A DNA stretch of 64,000 nucleotides from an uncultured delta proteobacterium (GTDB taxonomy: Bacteria > Desulfobacterota > Desulfobacteria > Desulfobacterales > Desulfatirhabdiaceae): positions 64,001-128,000 of the forward strand of contig CAWBKP010000010.1 of the NCBI GenBank assembly GCA_963789395.1, read 5' to 3'. The position numbers and the translations under genes were made by a program. Under the pieces are notes generated by a model. The model was given only the letters and a program-made list of their open reading frames with translations, made no database searches and had not been told where the DNA came from. Positions 20,358-30,979 of this stretch are shown one piece after another (the first letter of the stretch is position 1; the number at the start of each line of letters is the position of its first letter).

Positions 20358-21830
20358 ATGATTCTCCAGCAGTTTCCCTCGGAAGATGAATTCAAGCAGA
20401 TGACGAAAGAATTCAATGTCATTCCGTTGTGCGTTGAAATTCTTGCAGATACGGAAACCCCGGTTTCTCTGCTGCAAAAATGCCTCAATAAACAAGGCCC
20501 TCTTTTTCTTTTTGAAAGCGTTGAAGGCGGAGAGCGATGGGGACGGTACAGTTTTCTGGGATTTTCCGCCCGTTCTCACATCGAGATTTTTCGGGACCGG
20601 GTGGATATTCATGACGCCCAGTGTTGCAAATCCATCTCCCACCAGGGGAACCCGCTGAATATTCTGAAGCAGATCATGAGCGCATATCGCCCTGCACATT
20701 ATCCCGGACTTCCCAGATTCTGGGGGGGACTCGTAGGATATTTCTCCTATGAACTCGTATCATTTTTTGAAAAAATCCCCAACCATCTGCCCGAAGATAC
20801 CCCCTTGGCGCAATTGATGATTCCGGACCAATTAATGGTATTTGACAACATCCGGCACACCCTCCTGGCAATTGTCATATCCTTTCTGGACGCTTCTTCA
20901 AAACCCGATGAACAGTATCAAAACGCCGTTGAAACGCTTCAGGGCATTATTCGACTGGTCCAGTCCCGGACACCGGAAGCGCCTGAGCCGGTTGCCCGGC
21001 CTGCATCCCCTTTGAAGGCGTCCTCTCCGGAGGAAGCCTATCGCCGGCAGGTCCAGCAGGTCAAAGAACACATTCAGGCCGGAGACATCATTCAGGCCGT
21101 GCTGTCGCAGAAATTTATCTGCGACTCTCCTCCGGATCTCTGGATGCTGTATCGGGCACAGCGCTTTATCAACCCGTCACCATATCTATTTTTTCTCCGC
21201 ATGAATCAGCAGGCGCTGATCGGATCTTCTCCGGAAACCATGGTGCGCCTTGAAAACGGCATTGCCACCCTTCGACCCATTGCCGGAACCCGGCCCAGAG
21301 GGAAAACCGAGCAGGAAGACCGGGCCCTGGCCAATGAACTTCTGGGAGATGAAAAAGAGCGGGCAGAACACCTCATGCTGGTGGACCTTGGCCGCAATGA
21401 CCTGGGGCGGGTTGCGGAAACCGGCTCGGTTCAGGTGACGGATCTGATGGTGGTAGAACGCTACTCCCATGTCATGCACCTGGTGTCCAATATCACCAGT
21501 GATCTGAAATCCGGTCTGGATGCCTGGGATTTGCTCAGAGCCACGTTTCCGGCAGGAACACTCAGCGGCGCTCCCAAAGTGCGGGCCATGGAGATCATTG
21601 CCGATCTTGAACAGGAGCCCCGCGGACCATACGGCGGCGCAGTCGGGTATATTTCCTTCAGCGGAAACATGGATCTTGCCATTACCATCCGAACCGCCTG
21701 CATCGAGAACGGCAGACTAACGGTTCGGGCCGGAGCAGGCATTGTGGCGGATTCAAACCCCGAACGCGAACGCATTGAAACCGTGAACAAGGCCAAAGCC
21801 ATTGAAAAAGCACTTCAGCTTATCGGTTGA
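20358..21830 (+). CDS. trpE: anthranilate synthase component I
   Basis: LFESVEGGERWGRYS, NPSPY, PIAGTRPRG, EHLMLVDLGRND and FPAGTLSGAPK motifs. RBS AAAGGAG precedes the ATG at 20358. Confidence 0.96.
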   Translation: MILQQFPSEDEFKQMTKEFNVIPLCVEILADTETPVSLLQKCLNKQGPLFLFESVEGGERWGRYSFLGFSARSHIEIFRDRVDIHDAQCCKSISHQGNPLNILKQIMSAYRPAHYPGLPRFWGGLVGYFSYELVSFFEKIPNHLPEDTPLAQLMIPDQLMVFDNIRHTLLAIVISFLDASSKPDEQYQNAVETLQGIIRLVQSRTPEAPEPVARPASPLKASSPEEAYRRQVQQVKEHIQAGDIIQAVLSQKFICDSPPDLWMLYRAQRFINPSPYLFFLRMNQQALIGSSPETMVRLENGIATLRPIAGTRPRGKTEQEDRALANELLGDEKERAEHLMLVDLGRNDLGRVAETGSVQVTDLMVVERYSHVMHLVSNITSDLKSGLDAWDLLRATFPAGTLSGAPKVRAMEIIADLEQEPRGPYGGAVGYISFSGNMDLAITIRTACIENGRLTVRAGAGIVADSNPERERIETVNKAKAIEKALQLIG

Positions 21831-21899
21831 TGCGTGCCTGCGGCATTCGGCATCCATGATTCGTTGTTTTATTGAATTGATTCATTTTGGAGAAATGCC

Positions 21900-22478
21900 A
21901 TGATCGTGATGATAGACAATTATGATTCTTTTACCTACAATCTTGTCCAGTATCTGGAACAAATCGGCAGCGCAGTCCGGGTCATCCGAAACGACGCGGC
22001 AACCGTTGATGAACTTGCCTCCTGGAACCCGGCCGGTATCGTGATTTCCCCGGGACCCGGAAGGCCGGATTCCGCCGGAATTTCCCTTGACGTAATCCAC
22101 CGGTTTTCCGGTCAAACTCCGATTCTTGGGGTTTGCCTCGGCCATCAGGCCATTGGCATGGCTTTTGGTGCAAAAATTGTCTCTGCCAAAAAACTCATGC
22201 ATGGAAAGACATCCGCCATTCACGCGGACGGAAAAACCCTGTATGAAGGGATAAAGCAGCCGTTTCAGGCCATGCGCTACCATTCTCTGGCGGTTGCCAG
22301 AGAGGGACTTCCAGACTGTCTGGAAATCAGCTCGGAATCTGAAGACGGTGAAATCATGGGGCTCCGGCACAAGGAACATGCCACGGAAGGCATTCAGTTT
22401 CACCCGGAATCCATCATGACCTCTGTCGGAAAACGGCTGCTTAAAAACTTTATAAAAATTACCGGATCACTTCACTAA
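21900..22478 (+). CDS. trpG: anthranilate synthase component II (glutamine amidotransferase)
   Basis: IDNYDSFTYNL, SPGPG, GVCLGHQ and QFHPES motifs. Confidence 0.96.
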   Translation: MIVMIDNYDSFTYNLVQYLEQIGSAVRVIRNDAATVDELASWNPAGIVISPGPGRPDSAGISLDVIHRFSGQTPILGVCLGHQAIGMAFGAKIVSAKKLMHGKTSAIHADGKTLYEGIKQPFQAMRYHSLAVAREGLPDCLEISSESEDGEIMGLRHKEHATEGIQFHPESIMTSVGKRLLKNFIKITGSLH

Positions 22479-22505
22479 CCCTGAACTTCCAAAGGAAAAC
22501 CAGTT

Positions 22506-23516
22506 ATGTTTAAAGAACATTTAAATAAGATGATCCATCGCATCAACCTGAGCGAATCCGAGATGGCGGAGATGATGACCGATATTTTTTCAGGGGAAAT
22601 AACCGATGCGCAAATCGGCGCGTTTATGGCGGCCCTTGCAACCAAAGGCGAAACTTTTGAGGAACTGGCAGGTGCCGCCAGAATCATGCGCCGGAAAGCC
22701 ACTCGTGTTCAGACATCGGCTGAGACCGTTGTGGATGTCGTCGGCACGGGCGGAGACGGCGCGCATACGTTTAACATCTCCACCACAACCGCCTTTGTTG
22801 TGGCAGGCTGCGGCGTCACGGTCGCCAAACACGGGAACCGTTCGGTATCCAGCAAATGCGGCAGTGCTGACCTGCTGGAAGCATTGGGTGTCAACCTGAA
22901 CTGCGAACCGGAAGTGGTTGAAGAAGCCATACGGGAAATCGGCATCGGGTTCTTGTTCGCCCCCCTGTATCACAGCGCCATGCGGTACGCGGCCAAAGCC
23001 AGAAAAGAAGTCGGCCTTCGCAGCATTTTTAATATGCTGGGGCCGCTCACCAATCCGGCAGGGGCAAATTGCCAGCTCCTTGGAGTCTATGCGCCGGAAC
23101 TGACCGAGATGTTCGCCCAGGCACTTCGACTTCTTGGCGCCAGATGCGCTTATGTGGTTCATGGTCATGACGGCCTGGATGAAATATCCATCTGCGCGCC
23201 GACCCGGATATCCGAACTTCGGGACGGAATGATCCGTACCTACGACATCAGTCCTGAGCAGTTTTTCGGACAACCTGCCAAACCCGAGGCGCTTACCGGC
23301 GGGGATCCTGCAACCAATGCCGCCATCACCCGCAATATCCTGAACGGGGAAAAAGGCCCCTGTCGGGATGTCGTCCTGATCAATGCCGCAGCCGCTCTGG
23401 TGGTTGCCGGGAAAACCGGGCAGTTGCATGACGGGATTCAGCTGGCGGCACAGGTCATTGACAGCGGTGCGGCAGCGGAAAAACTGGACAGCCTGATCCG
23501 GTTTACCACAGCATAA
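22506..23516 (+). CDS. trpD: anthranilate phosphoribosyltransferase
   Basis: GTGGDG, NISTT, KHGNRSVSSKCGSAD and GLDE motifs. Confidence 0.97.
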   Translation: MFKEHLNKMIHRINLSESEMAEMMTDIFSGEITDAQIGAFMAALATKGETFEELAGAARIMRRKATRVQTSAETVVDVVGTGGDGAHTFNISTTTAFVVAGCGVTVAKHGNRSVSSKCGSADLLEALGVNLNCEPEVVEEAIREIGIGFLFAPLYHSAMRYAAKARKEVGLRSIFNMLGPLTNPAGANCQLLGVYAPELTEMFAQALRLLGARCAYVVHGHDGLDEISICAPTRISELRDGMIRTYDISPEQFFGQPAKPEALTGGDPATNAAITRNILNGEKGPCRDVVLINAAAALVVAGKTGQLHDGIQLAAQVIDSGAAAEKLDSLIRFTTA

Positions 23517-23534
23517 TGCTCGGGAAGGACATTC

Positions 23535-24324
23535 ATGACAGCCCATATATTAGATGCCATTGTTGAACAGAAACACCGGGAAATAGCCGATCTGATCCGG
23601 AAAACGCCTGAAAAACAACTTCGGGAGCAGGCCCTCCAGCCAAGAGAGCGCAGGCCATTTCTGGAAAAACTCAGACAGCCGGGACAAACCGGCATCAATA
23701 TCATCGCCGAAATCAAGCGGGCGTCACCTTCCAAAGGAATGCTCCGCTCCGATCTTGACCCGGTTAGCCTTGCCAGAAGCTATGAAGCCGGCGGGGTAGC
23801 CTGTCTGTCAGTGCTGACCGACCGGCAGTTTTTCAAGGGAAGTCCGGAGGACTTGCAGGCAGCCCGAGCAGCAACAAATCTTCCGGTCCTGCGAAAAGAT
23901 TTTCTCATATCTGCCGCGCAGATCTATGAGTCCCGCATTCTTGGGGCAGACGCCGTGCTGCTGATCGCCCGGATCCTTTCTGAAAATCAGCTCAGCGAAC
24001 TGCTGGATCTCTAGCCATGCGCTCGGCATGGATGCCCTGGTTGAGATCCATTCGGAATCGGATGCGGCATCCGCAGCCCGTTCCAAAGCCAAACTGATCG
24101 GCATCAACAACCGGAATCTACAGACGTTTCATACGGATATCGCAACCTCCACGCAACTGGTTTCACAGCTTTCACCCGATCAGATTCCGGTTGCCGCCAG
24201 CGGCATTCAAAACCGGCAGGACATTGATCGCCTCTTAACATCCGGAATATTCAATTTTCTGATCGGCGAAAGCCTGGTCAGATCCGAGGACCCGGCAGCT
24301 TTTTTGCGGACACTGATGGAATAG
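23535..24324 (+). CDS. trpC: indole-3-glycerol phosphate synthase (frameshift near 24012)
   Basis: [12 protein letters not shown] and LRKDF in the first frame; LVEIH, GINNRNL and LIGESLV in the second. Confidence 0.93.
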
Positions 24325-24421
24325 TTGCTGATGGATTATCGAAAAATCAAAAGCAGAGCATGCAGAAAGTATTTTTTCTTTGGTTTTTGCGGCTCAACAA
24401 TTAGGACTTCATTTAAAACCC

Positions 24422-25096
24422 ATGGCGTTTTATAGACCCGAAATAAAGATCTGCGGGTTGACACGGACTGATGAGGCAGTGGCCTGCGCCGAGGCCGGGG
24501 CTGATGCCATCGGGCTGGTGTTTTATCCGCCCAGCCCCAGGCATCTTACAATAAAGCAAGCCAGAGACATCAGCTTGGCCCTGCCGGATCACATCGCACG
24601 GGTGGGTGTCTTTGTCAACAGTCCGGTTTCAGAAATATTGAAACGGATCGACGCCTGCGGGCTGACGGCTATCCAGCTTCACGGGCAGGAATCCCCGGAA
24701 ATGGTCAAATATCTTTGCGACAGGGGCGTTCGGGTCATAAAAGCCCTGTTTATTCACAGCCCCCCCTTGATATCAGCAGCGCCGCGCTACCCGGACACGG
24801 TGTTTCTGGTGGAATGCGGAAAAGGTCGGCTTCCCGGAGGAAATGCTCTGACCTGGAACTGGCGTGCAGTAAAAGCCTTTGGACTGTCATATCCCCTGAT
24901 ACTGGCCGGAGGCATCAGTCCGGACACCGTCACACAGGCTGTTTCTGAAGCCGGACCCGATGCCATCGATGTCAGCTCCGGTGTCGAGTTCTCCCCGGGC
25001 CGCAAGGATATTCAACTGGTCAGCTCGCTAATTCGAGCTGTTTCTCTATGCGCCATTGAAAGGCAGCCCAGAAGGATCTGGAGCCTGACCGAGTAA
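24422..25096 (+). CDS. trpF: phosphoribosylanthranilate isomerase
   Basis: IKICGLT, QLHGQE, LAGGI and DVSSGVE motifs. Confidence 0.95.
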   Translation: MAFYRPEIKICGLTRTDEAVACAEAGADAIGLVFYPPSPRHLTIKQARDISLALPDHIARVGVFVNSPVSEILKRIDACGLTAIQLHGQESPEMVKYLCDRGVRVIKALFIHSPPLISAAPRYPDTVFLVECGKGRLPGGNALTWNWRAVKAFGLSYPLILAGGISPDTVTQAVSEAGPDAIDVSSGVEFSPGRKDIQLVSSLIRAVSLCAIERQPRRIWSLTE

Positions 25097-25248
25097 CGCG
25101 AGCCATCTGCCACTGCCCATGGTTTTTCGTGCAATGGCATTGGCACGGATGGACTGATGGTTTTATCTTGCTTTCAGGTTTTTGGTCATCGTATAGAGAA
25201 GAGGCAGATTTTCCCCGGTAAAAACCTTTTTGAATACGGAGCGCTCTT

Positions 25249-25810
25249 GTGGATACCATCTATGATTTAAGCACCATCACCCGAACGCTGAAAACCGATG
25301 AGCAGGTGATCGCCTTTACGGGGTTTTCCATTGATCAAGGCAATCAGCCCAATAAAGAAGGGGTGCTTAAAATATCCGCTTATGCCAGGCCGGACCGGAG
25401 TGGTTATTTGACCCTTACCTTTATCATGGACAGCGAAGGGGACTTACAAATTCAAGACGATCTCACCCGCTATTTTTCCAACATCACCGAAAACACCCTG
25501 CGACCGCATTTCAAGGAAGCATTTGAAACCATCTTTCGATGCCCGATGGATGGGCCGTCTAAATCACCGACTTGGTATTTAGAAGAAATAAATATCTATT
25601 TCAAAGTGTTAAACGGCAGAGAACGCCGTATTATTGAGCAGCATCTCCTCCCGTCGCTGGAAAAGCTGCTGCCGTTTCGTTTTGATCCCGTGGAATGGTG
25701 GGATCAACAAAGGCAGGAACCCAAACCCGTTTCATCCTCAGCCGGCAGTCCCCCAGCCCGATCCGGGATCATTGAAAGCCGCATTGATCAGATGGTTACA
25801 ATCCCTTTAA
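25249..25810 (+). CDS. hypothetical protein (probable frameshift near 25755; likely true end SLKAALIRWLQSL* at 25810)
   Basis: ORF 25249..25866 has a globular-looking sequence; no family recognised. Confidence 0.6.
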
Positions 25811-25946
25811 TCCAACCGCATGTAACAAAATGGCGCCAGAGAGGTGGGATAAAGGGTTGCGGGTAAAAGCCGACACCTCATCTTCTCTCAGCAGGACCAG
25901 ACCAGGTGTCACAGTTTCAACGTTATTAATAATCTGACTGTTAAAG

Positions 25947-27715
25947 CTTGGATTTCGCTCTTTGATTTTTGAAAATTTTTATTTTCTGCAACCTGAGTTC
26001 GGTTGCCAACTCTTGCCAGTTTCAATTTGCCATCAGGTTGAATTAAACAGAAAGGCGTAGTTGAAATAATTTTGGGGGATACCCAAAACCGCCAGGATGT
26101 CTTTTTGGATATCCGTCAGTTTGGATATAAACCCGAATGTTTCTCCCGAAGGCAGTTCGATGATTCCTTTGACAATATCCTTGAACTCGGCCAGAAGATT
26201 TTCTGTGGTTGGATTTTTTACGTTTTTACGGTTGGGCATGAAATTATCGAGGCCTTTGTCTCTGGATTTTATCTTTTCTCGAGCACTGCGTTCGATCAGT
26301 ACCGCCACTTGCAGAGCAATCTTAAACAAAAAGAGCAAGGCTTCAATTCTTTTGGGTGTTTGCAGATAAATTGGTTCAAGATTCAAGCTGCTTTTGGCTC
26401 TGCGATTGGTGTGCTCATTTTTGTACTGGTCTTTGTGAAACTGCATGGCTTCTTCTATTGAGATGTCGTTTTTGTTGGTAATCAGCGGATAATAACCGCA
26501 TCGCCCAAGCGCCTTATCGAAGTGCTCTTGATGGAAGATCAGCTTGACAGAGAAATGATTCGTTGTGACGGCAACTTTTTCATCTCCATTTTTTGAAGCC
26601 CGGCCTCGGCGTTTGTTTTTGAAGGTGATGACAGGCTCGTTGTGGATTTCAAATTCGAAAAAGTTCTGAGATTTGTTTTTCCTCAGAATGCCTTGGCAGG
26701 CTTTTTCGATGCCTTCATGGGTTTTCAGATGATAGGTGCCCAGTTTTAGCACCAGGTCATCGAACTGCTTTCGGGTCTTTTCAACATGTCGATTGAGCGT
26801 TTGCCGGGTTCGGAAGCAAAGACCGTGATCAAAAAGAATGATCATTCGAAACGGATACTCTTTGTCATTATGAGCAATCGTCAATGGAGTCTCAAAACCC
26901 CGGTTGAAACGCTCCTTGTAAGGTATGAGTGTTTCCTCGGTGTGATTTTGCAGCGCATTTTCAAAAACCTTTTCATAAGTTGAATACATGGGCGCTGGTG
27001 TCAGAAAGAACCCCTGATTGTCATGGATGTGGGCCATGTTATCGATAGATGCCAGTTTGCAGTCACCCACATACAGAAAACCGCGGTCATCCAGAAGATC
27101 AATCAGATGCTGCCATTGTTCCACATAAGTGCTCACATCGGCGGTGTTTCCGCTGTAAGCTTGTTGGTACAAGGGAAAGGCTGCATCGTTGCTGACAGAC
27201 AATGACCAGACAAATTGTTTGAGGTCTTGGCGATGCTTTTTGCTGTAACCATAGGTGATCGTGATGCCCTCACCCGGATGCTTATCGCAGTTTCCAAACG
27301 TTGATGCCGATGTGGTATCATTATGGGCAACGGTGGTTCGAATATCAAAATGATTGATCATGTGCCGGGTGATGAGCATTTCAAGGTTTCCGATACCATA
27401 ATCGTATATTGCATCCAGGGTATCAGCCAGTCTGTCATCGAAATACTCTTTGGACGCAATATCGGGGAAGATGATATTGAGAATCTGTGATTTTTCGGCA
27501 AACTGACATAGTCGATACATTTGGAACACCTGACATAATACGGCGGTAACCATGGCTACCGAAGCCTGACCATGGGTCAATATTTTTCTTCGGGGGTCAA
27601 GTGGAACGTGTTGGTCGATAATTGTTTGTACGCCCGATTCTTCAAAAAAGAACTTCAGAATTGGGGCGAATCCGATGGCCTGAGTTTCTACCGGTGGTAG
27701 TGGTATCGCTTTCAT
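25947..27715 (-). mobile_element. IS1634-family insertion sequence; left end not identifiable
   Basis: Transposase plus an AT-rich downstream segment ending ..GAGCGAAATCCAAG, a candidate right end at 25947. The boundary is uncertain. Confidence 0.6.
26033..27715 (-). CDS. IS1634-family DDE transposase
   Basis: 560 aa with DDRLADTLD, HNDTTS, YGYSKKHRQDLKQ, GNTAD, VGDCKL, YPLITN, NEHTNR and PIYLQTPKRIEALL. Confidence 0.9.
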   Translation of the reverse strand: MKAIPLPPVETQAIGFAPILKFFFEESGVQTIIDQHVPLDPRRKILTHGQASVAMVTAVLCQVFQMYRLCQFAEKSQILNIIFPDIASKEYFDDRLADTLDAIYDYGIGNLEMLITRHMINHFDIRTTVAHNDTTSASTFGNCDKHPGEGITITYGYSKKHRQDLKQFVWSLSVSNDAAFPLYQQAYSGNTADVSTYVEQWQHLIDLLDDRGFLYVGDCKLASIDNMAHIHDNQGFFLTPAPMYSTYEKVFENALQNHTEETLIPYKERFNRGFETPLTIAHNDKEYPFRMIILFDHGLCFRTRQTLNRHVEKTRKQFDDLVLKLGTYHLKTHEGIEKACQGILRKNKSQNFFEFEIHNEPVITFKNKRRGRASKNGDEKVAVTTNHFSVKLIFHQEHFDKALGRCGYYPLITNKNDISIEEAMQFHKDQYKNEHTNRRAKSSLNLEPIYLQTPKRIEALLFLFKIALQVAVLIERSAREKIKSRDKGLDNFMPNRKNVKNPTTENLLAEFKDIVKGIIELPSGETFGFISKLTDIQKDILAVLGIPQNYFNYAFLFNST

Positions 27716-28850
27716 GTAAGGCGTGAAGCCTTATAATTTCAAGAACCAGCTCCGTTGTCAGCACCATATCGCTCAGTCGGACCCACTCCCGCACCGTATG
27801 CATATCCCGCATACCGGTTCCCAGAACACCGGTCATGATTCCTTTTGAAAAAAAGACATTGGCGTCCGCACCACCGCCGGTGATTTTGGGAATCAGCGTG
27901 CGTCCCAGGTTCTGAGCGGCTTTCATGGCAAGGGTCACCACCGGGTGATCCTCGGGAATGTGGGTGCGGGTAAAATCCGGCACAATTTCCACCTCCAGCC
28001 GGGGACTGCCGGCTTCGGCGGACTGGGGCACATACTCCTGAACAGCGGTTTCAAAAGCAGCCACAATGGTTTGGGTCAGATCCGCCAGTTTTTTGGGGTC
28101 ATGGCTTCTGACTTCGCCGTTTACCGTTACCTGGCAGGGGATGATGTTGGTCGCCACACCTCCCTGAATCACGCCGATATTGCAGGTGGTTTCCTGGTCG
28201 ATGCGGCCAAGCGTTAATCCGGAAATGGCATTGCTGGCAATGGAAATGGCATTGATGCCTTTTTCCGGCGCTGCGCCGGCGTGGGCGTCTTTTCCATGCA
28301 CCACAAATTTGAGGTGATTGGCGCCCGGCGCGCGGGTTACAATGCCGGCAGTATCGGTTGCATCCAGGGCATAGCCGAATTTGGCGGTTAACCGGCTAAG
28401 ATCCATATTTTTTGCGCCCTGAAGTCCGATTTCCTCGCAGATCGTCAGCACCACTTCGAGCGGGCCATGCGGCAGGCGATCTTCCTGAAGCACGGTGAGC
28501 ACCTCCAGCAAAATGGCAATGGCGCTTTTGTCATCCGCTCCCAGAATGGTCGTGCCGTCGCTCGTAAACATGCCGTCCTTATAGACGGGTTTCACGCCGT
28601 TTCCAGGCTCGACCGTATCCATGTGAGCATTCAGCATCAGGGGCGGAACATCCACACTGCCTCCGAAGCGCGCAATCAGATTTCCCGTGTTGCTGCCGAC
28701 AGCATTTCCGGCATCATCCACAAAGGTTTCCGCGCCCATGGCCTCAAGGATATGCTGAAGTTCGCCGCAAATCGCCGCTTCATTTCTGGATACGCTGTCA
28801 ATTTGAACCAGGCGGCTGAATGTCTCCGCCAGTCTTTCCGGATTGATCAT
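27642..28850 (-). CDS. M20/M25/M40-family metallopeptidase (peptidase T-like); last ~25 codons read out of frame through the transposase start
   Basis: NAHMDTV, GADDKS, CEEIG, HAGAAPEKG, GGGADAN and MHTVRE motifs. RBS GAGGAG. Confidence 0.9.
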   Translation of the reverse strand: MINPERLAETFSRLVQIDSVSRNEAAICGELQHILEAMGAETFVDDAGNAVGSNTGNLIARFGGSVDVPPLMLNAHMDTVEPGNGVKPVYKDGMFTSDGTTILGADDKSAIAILLEVLTVLQEDRLPHGPLEVVLTICEEIGLQGAKNMDLSRLTAKFGYALDATDTAGIVTRAPGANHLKFVVHGKDAHAGAAPEKGINAISIASNAISGLTLGRIDQETTCNIGVIQGGVATNIIPCQVTVNGEVRSHDPKKLADLTQTIVAAFETAVQEYVPQSAEAGSPRLEVEIVPDFTRTHIPEDHPVVTLAMKAAQNLGRTLIPKITGGGADANVFFSKGIMTGVLGTGMRDMHTVREWVRLSDMVLTTELVLEIIRLHALHESDTTTTGRNSGHRIRPNSEVLF

Positions 28851-29008
28851 TTCAATCTCCTCATAAAAAAACTGAACCAAAAAGCCGTTCAGACAAAATC
28901 TAAATCACACGCCAAAAACATCAGGTTGAAAAGGTACCATTTTAAGCAGTATGATTTTGGTCATTGTCTTCGAATTTATAATAAAAAAGGGTTCTGTTCA
29001 GATACGCT

Positions 29009-30382
29009 TTAGTTGTTCATGCTCTGCAGCGGCGCTGGAATAAGCCCGCCCAGTCGAATAAACGGGTTGTCGCCGCCGCCGTTGTTGACTGCCATGATGA
29101 CTGACTGGCCCAGCAGACCTCCGAAAAAAGCGTAGTCTCCGGCTTTTTTCCCGGGAACCGGAATCAGACGGGTTGCCGTTGTTTTCTTGTTGATCACGCC
29201 GATAGCCATTTCATCCGCAATGATGGCTGCAATGGTTTCCGCTGACGTGTCACCGGGAATGGCCACCATATCGAGCCCCACGGAACAGACACTGGTCATG
29301 GCCTCGAGCTTTTCAATGGACAGGAGTCCGTCCCTTGCCGCCTCTCCGATATTCAGATCTTCGCTGACCGGTATAAAGGCCCCGCTTAGCCCCCCCACAT
29401 GAGAGCTGGCAAACGCGCCGCCTTTTTTGACGGCGTCATTTAACATGGCAAGGGCGGCGGTGGATCCGGGAACACCGATGCTTTTCAGTCCCAGGCTTTG
29501 AAAAATCTCCCCGACGCTGTCTCCGATATTGGGCGTCGGGGCAAGGCTGAGATCCACAACGCCGAAGCGGATGCCCAGAACCTGGGCCACTTCCCGGCCG
29601 ATAAGCTCGCCGACACGGGTCACCTTATAAGCAGTGCGTTTGATGATTTCCGAAATCTGCCCCAGGTCCGGCAGGGATTCGGATGCCAGGGCTCGATCGA
29701 TGGCTTTTTTTACCACTCCGGGACCGCTGACCCCGACATTGATGACCGCATCGGACTCGCCGATGCCCAGGTAGGCGCCGGCCATGAACGGAATGTCTTC
29801 AGGGATGTTGGCGAACACGCACAGCTTGGCGCACGCCAGACCGTCCTGAGCCGCTGTTCTGCCGGCGGCTTCCTTGATGATTTTTCCCATCAACAGCACC
29901 GCATCCATGTTGATGCCGGCCCGGGTGGAGGCAACATTCACCGACGAACACACCCGGTCCGTCTCTGCAAGGGCCTGGGGAATGGCCTCTATCAGTGCCC
30001 GATCCCCTCTGGCAACCCCTTTTTGAACCAGGGCCGTAAACCCGCCGATGAAATCGACATTTACCGAAACTGCAGCTTCATTCAGGGTTTTGGCCACCGC
30101 CACCATTTCCTCTGAAGAAAACATGGCGCCCAGCACCGCGACGGGGCTGACGGAGATTCGCTTGTTCACCACCGGAATGCCGTATTTATCCCCGACCTGG
30201 TTGCAAACCTGAACCAGATTTTGTGCCAGGCCGGTGATTCTGGAAAAGATGTTATCCTTGAACCGGTTGATATCATGGCTGGCACATTCCAGAAGATTAA
30301 TCCCCAGGGTAACGGTACGAACATCAAGATGCTCGTTCTGAAGCATTTCCAGGGTTGATACTATTTCACTCGTACTTAGCAT
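29009..30382 (-). CDS. UPF0210/DUF711 (PFL-like fold) protein
   Basis: LDVRTVTLGINL, NKRISVSP, DLSLAP, GGLSGAFIPVSED and CSVGLDM; 457 aa. Confidence 0.92.
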   Translation of the reverse strand: MLSTSEIVSTLEMLQNEHLDVRTVTLGINLLECASHDINRFKDNIFSRITGLAQNLVQVCNQVGDKYGIPVVNKRISVSPVAVLGAMFSSEEMVAVAKTLNEAAVSVNVDFIGGFTALVQKGVARGDRALIEAIPQALAETDRVCSSVNVASTRAGINMDAVLLMGKIIKEAAGRTAAQDGLACAKLCVFANIPEDIPFMAGAYLGIGESDAVINVGVSGPGVVKKAIDRALASESLPDLGQISEIIKRTAYKVTRVGELIGREVAQVLGIRFGVVDLSLAPTPNIGDSVGEIFQSLGLKSIGVPGSTAALAMLNDAVKKGGAFASSHVGGLSGAFIPVSEDLNIGEAARDGLLSIEKLEAMTSVCSVGLDMVAIPGDTSAETIAAIIADEMAIGVINKKTTATRLIPVPGKKAGDYAFFGGLLGQSVIMAVNNGGGDNPFIRLGGLIPAPLQSMNN

Positions 30383-30424
30383 TCTTTTCCTCTCATTACA
30401 TCTGACTGCTGCCGTCGGTCTGTT

Positions 30425-30979
30425 TCACACCCGGTTAATGGCCTCAAAAATCTTTCGGTGCTGAATACTGATGACAAGGCCCAGCGTTGCGGCCTCGTCA
30501 CGAAGATCCCGGTGAAATGCATGGGAGTCGATATCCACCGGAACATCCACCTCATAGATCATGATGTTGTCGTTTGGATTCTCGCCGCCCTTGAAAGCCG
30601 CCTGAAGGTTGGTGACATTGACCCCGTATCCGGCGATGATCCGGGTCACATTGGCCACAAGCCCCTTGCGATCCGGCCCCCGGGTGGTAATCACGAACGG
30701 CTCGGCGGGTTTCCCGCCAAGCGCCGGCGGACTGATCTCCAGATGCTTGACGTTTACCTGAAGCCGCATCGGCGTCAAAACGTCGGACAAACAGCAACAG
30801 AGCGTATCGGAGGACAGGTTCAGCGGCATTTCAGCAATGAAGCTTCCCGAAAATTCAGACTGCAAAATGGTCTGGGTAACGTTTTCAATATTACAGTCCT
30901 GTTCGAACAGAATCCGGGACACCGCAGCCAGTATTCCCGGCCGGTCCGGGCCGAAAACAGATATGATGATTTTTTTCAT
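30425..30979 (-). CDS. tandem ACT-domain protein (GcvR-like)
   Basis: Two ACT motifs, GPDRPGI and GPDRKGL; C-terminal QHRKIFEAINRV. The start overlaps the upstream stop. Confidence 0.88.
   Translation of the reverse strand: MKKIIISVFGPDRPGILAAVSRILFEQDCNIENVTQTILQSEFSGSFIAEMPLNLSSDTLCCCLSDVLTPMRLQVNVKHLEISPPALGGKPAEPFVITTRGPDRKGLVANVTRIIAGYGVNVTNLQAAFKGGENPNDNIMIYEVDVPVDIDSHAFHRDLRDEAATLGLVISIQHRKIFEAINRV

Noticed and set aside
24012..24030. TAG read-through (pyrrolysine or recoding) in trpC
   Set aside because: The downstream part is in a different frame, so this is an indel, not an in-frame stop.
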